Below, piece after piece: positions 48,389-57,774 of a DNA stretch of 64,000 nt. The notes under the pieces are model-generated. The model was not told where the DNA came from. It saw only the letters and a program-made list of their open reading frames with translations, and did no database searches. The DNA lies in NCBI GenBank assembly GCA_002787695.1, contig PCXL01000011.1:138250-202249 (forward strand), written 5' to 3'. Made by a program: the position numbers and the translations under genes. Each line of letters begins with the position of its first letter. The first letter of the stretch is position 1. Source of the stretch: Candidatus Zambryskibacteria bacterium CG10_big_fil_rev_8_21_14_0_10_42_12. GTDB lineage: Bacteria > Patescibacteriota > Minisyncoccia > Phycocordibacterales > 1-14-0-10-42-12.

Positions 48389-48879
48389 TGAGAAAATTAC
48401 ATACGCATGAATGGATTGGCGTTATTATCGCCATCACGGTGGTTGCTTTTTTAGTAATAGAAGGGGTGTTTGGTGATCTATTCAAAATTGAAGACGATCA
48501 TTCGCTTGTTAATTTAGAAAATCAAGGGGAACTTATGGATAATGAAAATACTCAGTCGCTCGGAGGACTCACTATAGAAACAATTGCAGAGGGTACTGGT
48601 GCTGAAGTGCGTGCGTTTGATGAGCTTACGGTACATTACACAGGGACACTCACAAATGGAACCGTGTTTGATAGTTCAGTTACGCGAGGTACGCCATTTA
48701 CATTTGTAATTGGTCAAGGCAGTGTTATTGCTGGTTGGGAAGAAGGTTTACTTGGTATGAAAGTTGGTGAAAAGCGACGACTTACTATTGCGCCTGAGAA
48801 AGCGTATGGCAGAGCGCAGGGACACGAATTGCAGAACGAGACGCTTGTATTTGAAGTCGAATTGCTAGACATTCAGTAA
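48388..48879 (+). CDS. FKBP-type peptidyl-prolyl isomerase, membrane anchored
   Basis: VHYTGTL..G.VFDSS, VIAGWEEG, AYG, LVFEVEL. Confidence 0.95.
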   Translation: MRKLHTHEWIGVIIAITVVAFLVIEGVFGDLFKIEDDHSLVNLENQGELMDNENTQSLGGLTIETIAEGTGAEVRAFDELTVHYTGTLTNGTVFDSSVTRGTPFTFVIGQGSVIAGWEEGLLGMKVGEKRRLTIAPEKAYGRAQGHELQNETLVFEVELLDIQ

Positions 48880-48899
48880 TCGTCTAGTATGGAGCTCTT

Positions 48900-50111
48900 A
48901 TGAGCCAACCTATCTCGTTTACAAAAACAAAGGATATACCCGATGCGTTAGGACGCGCGGGTATTATTCATACTCAACATGGTGATATCGAGACACCGGC
49001 ATTTGTAACTGTGGGGACAAAAGCAACGGTAAAGTCTCTTACGCCAGAACAGGTTAAAGACCTCGGGGCGCAGGTGGTGCTTGCAAACACGTATCATTTA
49101 TATCTAGAACCTGGCGATGAGATAGTAAAAGAAGCAGGAGGACTCCATGCGTTTATGAATTGGAAAGGACCAACGATTACTGATTCCGGAGGGTTCCAAG
49201 TTTTTTCACTCGGTGAGGCGCTCGGCAAAGGTGTCTCAAAAGTAGCGACTGGTGAAGCAGTAACGGACGCGGGTGATGTGGCTCGGACGGATGAGTTTAC
49301 AAACAAGAGGGCGAAAATAGATGAAGAGGGGGTTACGTTTGTATCACATAAAGATGGCAAAAAACATCGTATGACCCCTGAAGACTCCATGCGTATTCAA
49401 CACAATATTGGAGCAGATATTATGTTTGCATTTGATGAGTGTACTTCTCCGCATGCAAAGAAGGAGTACCAAAAAGAAGCAATGGAACGGACGCACAGAT
49501 GGGCAGAAAGATGTATTGCGTATCACAAAGAAAGCGGTCAAGACAAAACACAAGGTCTTTTTGCTGTGGTACAAGGTGGAAGATTTGAAGAACTGCGTAA
49601 AGAGAGTGCAAAAGTATTGAGTGAAATGGATTTTGCCGGATTTGGTGTCGGCGGATCGTTTGTTAAAGAGGATATGGATACTGCGGTTGGGTGGGTAAAT
49701 GAAATCTTGCCCGCAGATAAACCGCGGCATTTGCTCGGCATTGGTGAGCCACTCGATATTTTGAAAGGAGTAGAACAAGGGTGTGACACATTTGATTGTG
49801 TAGCAGCAACACGCATGGCGCGTAATGGTGGAGTATATATTGACGGAGGAAAAATAAATCTGCTGAATGCACAGTTTAAAAAAGATTTTACTCCCATAAT
49901 GGATACTTGTGATTGTTATACGTGTGCGCACTATACGCGTGCGTATATAGCCCATCTCTTTCGAGCAAAAGAAATGTTAGCGGCCACACTCGCGTCTATT
50001 CACAATTTACGATTCATAATCAGATTTACTGATGAAATAAGAGAATCTATAAAAGAAGGAACATTTACAGAACATAAAAAGGAGATATTGCAAAAATACG
50101 GCTTATTGTAG
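48900..50111 (+). CDS. tgt: tRNA-guanine transglycosylase
   Basis: LANTYHL, TDSGGFQVFSL, FDC, CDCYTC, HNL. Confidence 0.97.
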   Translation: MSQPISFTKTKDIPDALGRAGIIHTQHGDIETPAFVTVGTKATVKSLTPEQVKDLGAQVVLANTYHLYLEPGDEIVKEAGGLHAFMNWKGPTITDSGGFQVFSLGEALGKGVSKVATGEAVTDAGDVARTDEFTNKRAKIDEEGVTFVSHKDGKKHRMTPEDSMRIQHNIGADIMFAFDECTSPHAKKEYQKEAMERTHRWAERCIAYHKESGQDKTQGLFAVVQGGRFEELRKESAKVLSEMDFAGFGVGGSFVKEDMDTAVGWVNEILPADKPRHLLGIGEPLDILKGVEQGCDTFDCVAATRMARNGGVYIDGGKINLLNAQFKKDFTPIMDTCDCYTCAHYTRAYIAHLFRAKEMLAATLASIHNLRFIIRFTDEIRESIKEGTFTEHKKEILQKYGLL

Positions 50112-50163
50112 GCGTATCCACAGTTGTATTTACAAAATTTAAAAAATATGGTAAAAACACTAT

Positions 50164-50745
50164 ATGAGTAAACTAGGTGTCTGGGTAAAATCAATTTGGT
50201 ATATAACCAAAGCGCTTTTGCAGGGCAATGATCCTCTGAAAGATATTGCTCGTCTCAACACTGATCCTTTAACAGGCTTGGACAATAGACGTGGTGCACT
50301 TACGATATTAAGTATTGAGTTAGCACAAGCGGCAGATGCGAAAGGCTCTATCACGATTGCATTTATTGATCTTGATGGACTCAAAAAAATAAATGATACA
50401 GAAGGCCATGCTGCAGGAGATGAACACATTAAGAGTTTTGCTGACGTATTTCCTCACTATTTTAGACGATATGGTGAGATTGCAACCTTTGCTCGCTTAG
50501 GGGGAGATGAGTTTTTGGCTGTTACCACAATGAATCCTAAATCGTTTGAAAATCGTGTGGCATGGATTCAAGAAAATAGTGGCACATCATTTAGTTTTGG
50601 AGTACATACACGACAATTTAGAGAACAAAAACGCCTATCACGTGATGAGGCCTATACTATGGCAGAACATATGATCTCTCATGCAGATAAAAAAATGTAT
50701 GCTGACAAAACGGCACGCAAGGCAGGAAGAGATTTTGAAAAATAA
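50164..50745 (+). CDS. Stand-alone GGDEF-domain protein
   Basis: DPLTGL.NRR, DLDGLKKINDTEGH..GD, ARLGGDEF. Confidence 0.92.
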   Translation: MSKLGVWVKSIWYITKALLQGNDPLKDIARLNTDPLTGLDNRRGALTILSIELAQAADAKGSITIAFIDLDGLKKINDTEGHAAGDEHIKSFADVFPHYFRRYGEIATFARLGGDEFLAVTTMNPKSFENRVAWIQENSGTSFSFGVHTRQFREQKRLSRDEAYTMAEHMISHADKKMYADKTARKAGRDFEK

Positions 50746-50782
50746 AAATGAGCGAGCGCGCGTCCAGGGACGCGCGCTTTGC

Positions 50783-50926
50783 TTATCTCATCCATTTGAA
50801 CCAGGTGTACGGCCAGAACAGCGCCTGAAAAAGTGGATGTTTTTCTCCAGAAAGAACTGAAGTAAGAAATGTGAGTGCAACCATAACGAGGTATAGGCAC
50901 CCCATTTGCATGTAGGTTATGTCCAT
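50783..50926 (-). CDS. 47-aa membrane peptide (absent from ORF track)
   Basis: MDITYMQMGCLYLVMVALTFLTSVLSGEKHPLFQALFWPYTWFKWMR; SD GAGGTG; hairpin plus T tract after stop. Confidence 0.55.
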   Translation of the reverse strand: MDITYMQMGCLYLVMVALTFLTSVLSGEKHPLFQALFWPYTWFKWMR

Positions 50927-50967
50927 ATAGGCACCTCTTCTTCAATTAACTTAACACACTGAAGAAT

Positions 50968-51690
50968 TTATTTCCCGAGCATCTTTTTGATAGTAAACAT
51001 CATGTCGTCTACCATAGGATCGATGCCGTCTGATTCTTTTTGATTCCAAAGCCACTCGAGATATCCTGCATCTCTTGTCGCAATATTCTCAATACTTTCT
51101 CCTTTGTATTTTCCAAAGGTAAATTTTTTAAGGAGTGATGGTTCCATGGAAACACGAAGCATTTCTGCTACCGCAGAATCTTCATCACCTGTTTCTGCTT
51201 GCATCTTTGTAAAAAGTCTTTCAAAAAGTGCACGGAGTACCTTGACGTCTCCTGTGGCGTCATGGGCGATAGCATCTTTCACGTCTAGATCTAGATAGTA
51301 CCGGAGGAATTGTAAATTATATTCAGGAATAATTGCATCTTTATCTAAATATCTCGCAACACGCATGGTACAAATGAATTGTGGAACCTCTAATCCCTCC
51401 GCTTCTATAATTGCTTTATCAAAGAGTGCATTATGTGCAACAAAAATATGATCTTTGAGGAGTTCTTCTAACTGCTTGTATAAATCACTTCCTTGAAATG
51501 GGGACTCGTTTTCAACCATCTTGTTGGTAATGTGAGTAATACTCATTGATTTAACCGAGATAGGGAGCGGTGGTTTGAACATGCCACTGTACATCGTGTC
51601 TTCAACCTCAAAAGAAACTTGCGCAAGGCGATCTTTTTCTGGTTCGTTGCCTGTTGTTTCCGTATCTAAAAAAATGAATTTGTGTGCCAT
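50968..51690 (-). CDS. DEDDh 3'-5' exonuclease (exonuclease X-like)
   Basis: LDTETTG, AHNALFD, AHDA.GDV; C-terminal FGKYKG...YLEW. Confidence 0.92.
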   Translation of the reverse strand: MAHKFIFLDTETTGNEPEKDRLAQVSFEVEDTMYSGMFKPPLPISVKSMSITHITNKMVENESPFQGSDLYKQLEELLKDHIFVAHNALFDKAIIEAEGLEVPQFICTMRVARYLDKDAIIPEYNLQFLRYYLDLDVKDAIAHDATGDVKVLRALFERLFTKMQAETGDEDSAVAEMLRVSMEPSLLKKFTFGKYKGESIENIATRDAGYLEWLWNQKESDGIDPMVDDMMFTIKKMLGK

Positions 51691-51863
51691 ACGAGCATTG
51701 TACCACGGCACCATTCGGGATATAGTCCGCGCACTTAAGGAACTATATTAATGATCTATATCCACGTGTTCTTAAGTGCGGGATTCCGTGTTTTATATAA
51801 GCAATTTTAAATATGTTTTGTGATAGAGTGTAACTGTGCTTATATAAAACACTTCATACTTCC

Positions 51864-51947
51864 ATGTCTGTTTGTAATATCAAAAGTGAATTTGCGCCTG
51901 CAGGTGACCCAAGCACTATCGGAAAAGTGCTGGGCGCGACGTGGTAA
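51864..51947 (+). pseudogene. Relic of uvrB N-terminus ending in a palindrome
   Basis: MSVCNIKSEFAPAGD resembles FNLVSEFKPSGD of UvrB; similarity stops at hairpin 51908-51934. Confidence 0.62.
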
Positions 51948-51958
51948 TGTAGATATCT

Positions 51959-54106
51959 ATGGCAGACTCGAACATTTTCAATTTGGTCTCTGAATTTAAG
52001 CCTTCTGGAGATCAGCCGCAGGCTATAAAGGCTCTGACAGAAGGTGTTAAATCTGGTCTCAAACACCAGACGCTGTTGGGTGTGACCGGGTCGGGTAAAA
52101 CATTTACGGCGGCAAACGTGATTCAAAATATTGGCAAACCGACTCTTGTTATTGCACATAATAAAACACTCGCCGCGCAGCTCGCTCAAGAATACAAAGA
52201 ATTTTTCCCTGAAAACGCAGTGCATTATTTTGTCTCTTATTATGACTATTATCAGCCGGAGGCCTATATGCCGGTTACTGATACATATATCGAAAAAGAA
52301 GCGATGATCAATGAGGAGATTGAGCGCCTTCGTCATGCGACAACGCAAGCACTCCTTACAAGACAAGACTGTATTATTGTCGCGTCTGTTTCGTGTATCT
52401 ATGGTTTGGGTTCTCCTATTGAATACGAAAAAGTAAATATGCGGATTGAGGTCGGACAAGCAATTTCTCGTAATGACTTTGCACGAAAGCTCATTGATAT
52501 TTTTTATAAACGAACGAATGCCGACCTCACACCAGGAGAATTTCGCGCGCTTGGAAATACGGTTGAGATTATGCCGGTATCAGAGAAAATCGTGTATCGC
52601 ATAGAATTTGCCGGAAATAATATAGAACATATTACAATAATCGATGCGATTACAAGAAGTGTGTACGAAGATAATGTGCCATCCTTCTTCCTTTTTCCTG
52701 CAAAGCACTTTGTGACGCCGGAAAACGAAATAAAGCGTGCAATAAAAAGTATTAAAGAAGAACTTGCTGATAGGCTTGCGGTTTTAGAAAAAGAAGGAAA
52801 GATCTTGGAGGCTGAACGACTCAAACGTCGGACAAACTATGATCTCGCCATGATCAAAGAAGTTGGATATACAAATGGTATTGAAAATTATTCTCGCCAT
52901 TTTGATAACAGAGCTCCTGGTGAACCACCTTATACACTCCTTTCATATTTTCCACATAAATCGGATGGGAGTCCGGATTTCCTCACCATCATTGATGAAT
53001 CGCACGTCACTATTCCGCAACTCGGTGGCATGTATGCGGGGGATCAGTCTCGTAAACAAAATTTGGTAGATCACGGATTCCGTCTGCCGAGTGCCCGAGA
53101 TAACAGACCTCTTAACTTTGAAGAAGTTGAAGAGAGGCTAGGACAGCGGATTTATACGAGTGCTACACCTGGAGAATATGAGAAAGAACATTCAAAGGAT
53201 CCGGCAGGGCAAGCCCGCCTGTCAGCGCCTGAAGGCTTAGTCGATGGCGGACAGGTCGTGGAACAAGTTATTCGTCCGACAGGACTGATTGATCCGCCTA
53301 TTTTTGTGCGCGGTGTTGTAGAGAGTGGTCCGTATAAAGGTCAGATTCAAGATTTCATAAAAGAGACAGTTGAGGTAGTAAAAGGGGATGGACGAGTAAT
53401 CGCAACGACGCTCACCAAGAAAATGGCAGAAGATCTCTCTGAATATTTGAAAGAGAAAAAAATAAAAGCAGAGTATCTACACAGCGACATTAAAACCATT
53501 GAGCGTATTGAGATTTTGACCGATTTTCGCCGTGGAAAGTTTGATTGTTTGGTTGGCGTGAATCTCCTTCGAGAAGGCCTCGATCTTCCCGAGGTTGAAT
53601 TTATTGGCATTCTGGATGCAGACAAAGAAGGATTTTTGAGGAGTGAGACGTCACTTATTCAAATCATTGGTCGAGCGGCGCGAAATATAAAGGGGCGCGT
53701 AGTTCTCTATGCCGACAACATAACCGGTTCAATGGAGAGGGCAATTGGCGAGACGAATCGTCGCAGAGATATTCAGATTGCGTATAACAAAAAACATAAT
53801 ATTACGCCGAAGACAATTATCAAGAAAATTGCCGATATCACCGAGCACATGAAAAGTGATCATGATAAGGCGGTCGCGGCAGATCTCAAGCGTGATGAAA
53901 AAATCTATAAGAAAAATCCAGAAAAACTGATTCGCATCAAAGAGAAACAAATGAATGCGTCAGTGAAAATCTTGGACTTCGAAACGGCAGCGCTCTTGCG
54001 TGATGAAATTACAGTGATAATGCAAAAACTAAAACAAGAGGAAAAAGAAAGTAATAAAGTGATAAAACAGGAGAAGGAAAGGAGTCAAAAAAGGAATACT
54101 CTGTAA
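51959..54106 (+). CDS. uvrB: Excinuclease ABC subunit B
   Basis: GVTGSGKT, YDYYQPEAY, DESH, NLLREGLDLPEV, GRAARN. Confidence 0.98.
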   Translation: MADSNIFNLVSEFKPSGDQPQAIKALTEGVKSGLKHQTLLGVTGSGKTFTAANVIQNIGKPTLVIAHNKTLAAQLAQEYKEFFPENAVHYFVSYYDYYQPEAYMPVTDTYIEKEAMINEEIERLRHATTQALLTRQDCIIVASVSCIYGLGSPIEYEKVNMRIEVGQAISRNDFARKLIDIFYKRTNADLTPGEFRALGNTVEIMPVSEKIVYRIEFAGNNIEHITIIDAITRSVYEDNVPSFFLFPAKHFVTPENEIKRAIKSIKEELADRLAVLEKEGKILEAERLKRRTNYDLAMIKEVGYTNGIENYSRHFDNRAPGEPPYTLLSYFPHKSDGSPDFLTIIDESHVTIPQLGGMYAGDQSRKQNLVDHGFRLPSARDNRPLNFEEVEERLGQRIYTSATPGEYEKEHSKDPAGQARLSAPEGLVDGGQVVEQVIRPTGLIDPPIFVRGVVESGPYKGQIQDFIKETVEVVKGDGRVIATTLTKKMAEDLSEYLKEKKIKAEYLHSDIKTIERIEILTDFRRGKFDCLVGVNLLREGLDLPEVEFIGILDADKEGFLRSETSLIQIIGRAARNIKGRVVLYADNITGSMERAIGETNRRRDIQIAYNKKHNITPKTIIKKIADITEHMKSDHDKAVAADLKRDEKIYKKNPEKLIRIKEKQMNASVKILDFETAALLRDEITVIMQKLKQEEKESNKVIKQEKERSQKRNTL
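53214..53255 (+). repeat. 42-bp family A element inserted in frame in uvrB
   Basis: cccgcctgtcagcgcctgaaggcttagtcgatggcggacagg; removal gives PAGQVVEQVIRPTGL. Confidence 0.9.
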
Positions 54107-54150
54107 AGAGACAAGTGAAACGAAGTCCCGCACATGTCCGCTTGTGCGGG

Positions 54151-54231
54151 ATGATGAAAAAAGAAGAGAAAGAAGTTGGTAAGGTTATTAAAGCAGAGGG
54201 GGAACGAGATAAAAAACGAAATAAACTGTAA
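54151..54231 (+). pseudogene. Diverged duplicate of the UvrB C-terminal tail, preceded by a palindrome
   Basis: KKEEKEVGKVIKAEGERDKKRNKL* vs KQEEKESNKVIKQEKERSQKRNTL*; tcccgcaca/tgtgcggga at 54126-54151. Confidence 0.8.
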
Positions 54232-54293
54232 TTATGGTATAGTATTTCTACCCTAATAACCCCTATACGTCAGAGACGGGGAGTTTTTGCCTT

Positions 54294-56906
54294 ATGACAC
54301 CTAATAAAAAGAAAGAAGAAAACGAGGATAAAATTATCGTAAAAGGTGCTCGCACACACAATCTAAAAGACATTACGGTAGAAATGCCTCGAAATAAAAT
54401 GGTGGTGTTTACCGGACTTTCCGGAAGTGGAAAGTCGTCTTTGGCATTTGACACTATTTTTGCCGAAGGGCAACGGCGCTATGTTGAGTCACTTTCTTCT
54501 TATGCTCGTCAGTTTTTGCGACAAATGCAAAAACCAGATGTAGATGAAATCGTGGGACTTTCTCCTGCTATTTCTATTGATCAAAAATCTCGATCAAACA
54601 ACCCTCGATCTACAGTGGCAACCATCACTGAAATTCATGATTATCTTCGTGTGCTCTATGCGCGTATAGGGAAGCCTCATTGTTTAGTGTGTGGACGTGA
54701 AATAGAGCGACTTTCAACAGATGAAATCAGAAAGTTTATTGTAGAGCGGATTGAAAAAGTTTCTAAGGACGTGGCGGCTAAAAAAACTCTTCTCCCTACA
54801 TACATTGAACTATGGGCACCTGTCGTACGTGGACGCAAAGGTGAATATTATCAATTACTCTATGACCTTTTGGGTTCTGGATATACAGAAGTGATGGTGG
54901 ACGGGGTGCGCAAAAAACTGCGTGAGCAAATCACGCTTTCAAAAACTAAACGACATGATATTGATGTGCTTATCGATGCGATCAGTATTGAGGAATGGCA
55001 AGAAGACAAAAAAAGTGCCGGAGAGCGTCTTGTTGAATCACTTGAAAAATCAATGGAAGAATCAGAAGGGCTCGTACGGATTGTCATAAACGAAATGACT
55101 CGCCAGAAGGAAAAAGAGTATGTGCCAGAGAGTTTTGTCATGTCGTCAAAATTCTCTTGTCCGCATGATGGCTTTTCTTTCCCTGAAATAGAGCCTCGCC
55201 TCTTCTCATTCAACTCTCCATATGGCGCATGTCCAGAATGTAATGGGCTTGGTACGAAGTATTTCTTTGGTGATGAAAAATGTCCTGTGTGTGATGGTGC
55301 GCGACTTCGTCCTGAGGCGCTCAAGGTACTTATTGGCGGGAAAAATATAGTGGAGTTTGCATCTCTTTCCATTAAGGATGCATATGACTTTTTCGTAGAA
55401 CTCGACCTTTCAAAAAGAGATCAGGAAATTTCAAAGGTTGTTGTGAAAGAAATCACATCACGACTGGAGTTTATGTTGAACGTCGGTATTGAGTATCTTT
55501 CGCTCGACAGGCGCGCCCATACACTTTCAGGTGGTGAGGCTCAGCGTATCAGGCTTGCCAGTCAGCTTGGCTCAGGGCTCGTAGGAGCGCTCTACGTGCT
55601 CGATGAACCAACGATTGGTCTTCACTCTCGTGATAACGATAGACTTATTGAAACGCTGCTACATCTGCGTGACTTAGGAAATACGATTATTGTGGTTGAG
55701 CACGATGAAGATACTATTTATGCATCAGACTATATTGTCGATATTGGACCTGGTGCAGGTGTACACGGAGGAGAAGTTGTAGTTTCTGGGTGGCTTGATG
55801 AACTGCTTTCAAAAAAGAAATTAGAGAAAGGTGAAGAATCACTTACTCTTGAATACCTCCGTAAAGAAAAAGAAGTTCCTATCCCAGACGAACGAAGAAT
55901 GCAAGATAAAGGATCACTCAAAATAAAAGGGGGTAAGGTGTTTAATATTCAAAATATGAACATAGACGTACCGCTCAGCCGTTTTGTTTCTGTGACGGGT
56001 GTGTCGGGATCCGGTAAGTCTTCGTTTGTGTACGAGATTCTCTACAAAAACTTACAGGCACGATTTGAGAAAAAATATCGTTCAAATGATGTGTACAATT
56101 GTTCAAGTTTTACCGGGACTGAATATATCAGTCGTTCTATCTTGATCGATCAGTCGCCGATCGGGAGAACGCCACGCAGTAACCCGGCGACATACACGGG
56201 TTCGTGGACCTATATCAGGCAACTGTTTGCAGAGACTAGTGAAGCGCGTGTGCGTGGTTGGGGACCTGGAAGATTCTCATTTAATACCAAAGGCGGTCGT
56301 TGTGAGACGTGTCAGGGCAATGGAGAGATTGCCGTTGAAATGCATTTTTTGCCAACGGTGTATGTGCCGTGTGATGTATGTAACGGAAAACGATTTACCA
56401 AAGATACACTTGAGGTTAAATATAAAAAGAAAAATATCTTTGAAGTTTTGAAGATGACTGTCGAAGAAGCCGTTACATTCTTCGAAGACATTCCTGCTAT
56501 TTATGACAGACTCAAAACACTTGAGGAAGTGGGTCTCGGCTATCTAGAGCTCGGTCAATCAGCAACCACACTCTCTGGTGGTGAGGCACAACGTGTGAAG
56601 ATCTCTTCAGAGCTCTATAGACCACACATGCAAAAGACTTTGTATATTCTCGATGAACCGTCTATCGGTCTTCATTATGAAGACGTACGGAAATTGATTG
56701 AGATTCTTGATCGTCTCGTACAAAAAGGCAACTCGGTCATCGTGATCGAGCACAATATGGATATTATAAAAAGTTCGGACTATGTGATCGACATTGGACC
56801 AGAAGGTGGTGAAGGTGGTGGAAAAATTGTAGCAAAGGGTACTCCAGAAGAAGTAGCTAACAATAAAAATTCTTATACAGGGCAGTATTTAAAGAAAATT
56901 TTATAA
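54294..56906 (+). CDS. uvrA: Excinuclease ABC subunit A
   Basis: GARTHNLK, two Walker A, two LSGGEAQR, Zn fingers. Confidence 0.98.
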   Translation: MTPNKKKEENEDKIIVKGARTHNLKDITVEMPRNKMVVFTGLSGSGKSSLAFDTIFAEGQRRYVESLSSYARQFLRQMQKPDVDEIVGLSPAISIDQKSRSNNPRSTVATITEIHDYLRVLYARIGKPHCLVCGREIERLSTDEIRKFIVERIEKVSKDVAAKKTLLPTYIELWAPVVRGRKGEYYQLLYDLLGSGYTEVMVDGVRKKLREQITLSKTKRHDIDVLIDAISIEEWQEDKKSAGERLVESLEKSMEESEGLVRIVINEMTRQKEKEYVPESFVMSSKFSCPHDGFSFPEIEPRLFSFNSPYGACPECNGLGTKYFFGDEKCPVCDGARLRPEALKVLIGGKNIVEFASLSIKDAYDFFVELDLSKRDQEISKVVVKEITSRLEFMLNVGIEYLSLDRRAHTLSGGEAQRIRLASQLGSGLVGALYVLDEPTIGLHSRDNDRLIETLLHLRDLGNTIIVVEHDEDTIYASDYIVDIGPGAGVHGGEVVVSGWLDELLSKKKLEKGEESLTLEYLRKEKEVPIPDERRMQDKGSLKIKGGKVFNIQNMNIDVPLSRFVSVTGVSGSGKSSFVYEILYKNLQARFEKKYRSNDVYNCSSFTGTEYISRSILIDQSPIGRTPRSNPATYTGSWTYIRQLFAETSEARVRGWGPGRFSFNTKGGRCETCQGNGEIAVEMHFLPTVYVPCDVCNGKRFTKDTLEVKYKKKNIFEVLKMTVEEAVTFFEDIPAIYDRLKTLEEVGLGYLELGQSATTLSGGEAQRVKISSELYRPHMQKTLYILDEPSIGLHYEDVRKLIEILDRLVQKGNSVIVIEHNMDIIKSSDYVIDIGPEGGEGGGKIVAKGTPEEVANNKNSYTGQYLKKIL

Positions 56907-56928
56907 ACGAGAAACAGCCAACTCATTT

Positions 56929-57273
56929 TCACAAGTTGGCCGTTGTGTAGATTTTCACTATCCGTAGAGGTGATTCACAGGGAAGGGGGAAGTGCTTGAC
57001 TTGTTCCCCGACAAACTCTTCGATTCGTATGAGAGCTTTCTCCTCCATGAGATTGCTGAGTATCCGATCGAACGATCTTTTGTCGGCTTCCTCAAATAAA
57101 TCATAGGGACGATTTGTCCAGGTCAGCCGTGCACCCAATCTGCCCGCCCTGTGTACTGCCGTCACCACGGTGTTTTCACCGAGATACACGAGAAAGTAAA
57201 GATTGACCTTCTTGCGCATCACTAAGTACCACAACCGTAGATCTTGAAGTTTGCGTAGTATAAGAGATAGCAT
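56929..57273 (-). CDS. Orphan hypothetical protein (114 aa)
   Basis: SD GAGGT before ATG 57273; terminator upstream argues against the longer ORF call. Confidence 0.55.
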   Translation of the reverse strand: MLSLILRKLQDLRLWYLVMRKKVNLYFLVYLGENTVVTAVHRAGRLGARLTWTNRPYDLFEEADKRSFDRILSNLMEEKALIRIEEFVGEQVKHFPLPCESPLRIVKIYTTANL

Positions 57274-57367
57274 ACCTCTCTTTCTCCTTTGTACAGACTG
57301 TTCCACATTGTAACAAAAAACAAGCCGGCGCGGAGTTTCGGGCAACTCCGGCCGGTTAGGAGCAAAC

Positions 57368-57541
57368 TTACTCTCCAGATGTGTTAGTTTGGTCCTTATC
57401 TTTTGGGGGTGCTGGGTGAGAAGGCACCACCTGTATTTCCCTTTGAACAGTAATTGGTCGTGGCCGACTGGATCGCGCGACCAGATCAGGATCTGTGTCA
57501 GAGGGGGGTTGTGGTACGCCAGCTGTTCCGATGAAGTACAT
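57368..57541 (-). CDS. 57-aa Pro-rich orphan
   Basis: MYFIGTAGVPQPPSDTDPDL...; SD GGAGGA; hairpin plus T tract after stop. Confidence 0.45.
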   Translation of the reverse strand: MYFIGTAGVPQPPSDTDPDLVARSSRPRPITVQREIQVVPSHPAPPKDKDQTNTSGE

Positions 57542-57654
57542 TTTCTATCCTCCCGAAGTGTCAGGGGTCCAAGGAAAGATGATAACATATTTTTTAAATG
57601 AATGGATGCCGGATCGTCCGAGCTGGCACCCACCTTTGTGCCTCCTTGGGCGCT

Positions 57655-57723
57655 TTAGCACCCAGCCATTCCGCGCTGAATCGTGCGCAAGAATGAGTCT
57701 TCTTGTTTTGATGTTTCGGGCAT
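57655..57723 (-). CDS. Possible 22-aa peptide
   Basis: MPETSKQEDSFLRTIQRGMAGC; TTGACA promoter at 57771-57766, SD AGGTG. Confidence 0.35.
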   Translation of the reverse strand: MPETSKQEDSFLRTIQRGMAGC

Positions 57724-57774
57724 ATGTCACCTACCTGTATTGATTTATATCATTTTTTGTTTTATTGTCAATAT

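Noticed and set aside
50164-50745. c-di-GMP control of the GT2 synthases
   Set aside because: GGDEF gene is unlinked and neither GT2 shows a PilZ motif.
51720-51958. LexA/SOS box upstream of uvrB
   Set aside because: No recognisable CTGT-N8-ACAG or GAAC-N4-GTTC site; palindromes here resemble the repeat families.
4661-55372. Long antisense ORFs inside pheT, dnaE, ABC exporter, typA, tgt, uvrB, uvrA
   Set aside because: Shadow frames of well-supported genes with no motifs of their own.
56929-57633. 234-aa ORF as annotated
   Set aside because: Upstream half crosses a terminator and another SD-led ORF; start at 57273 has its own SD.
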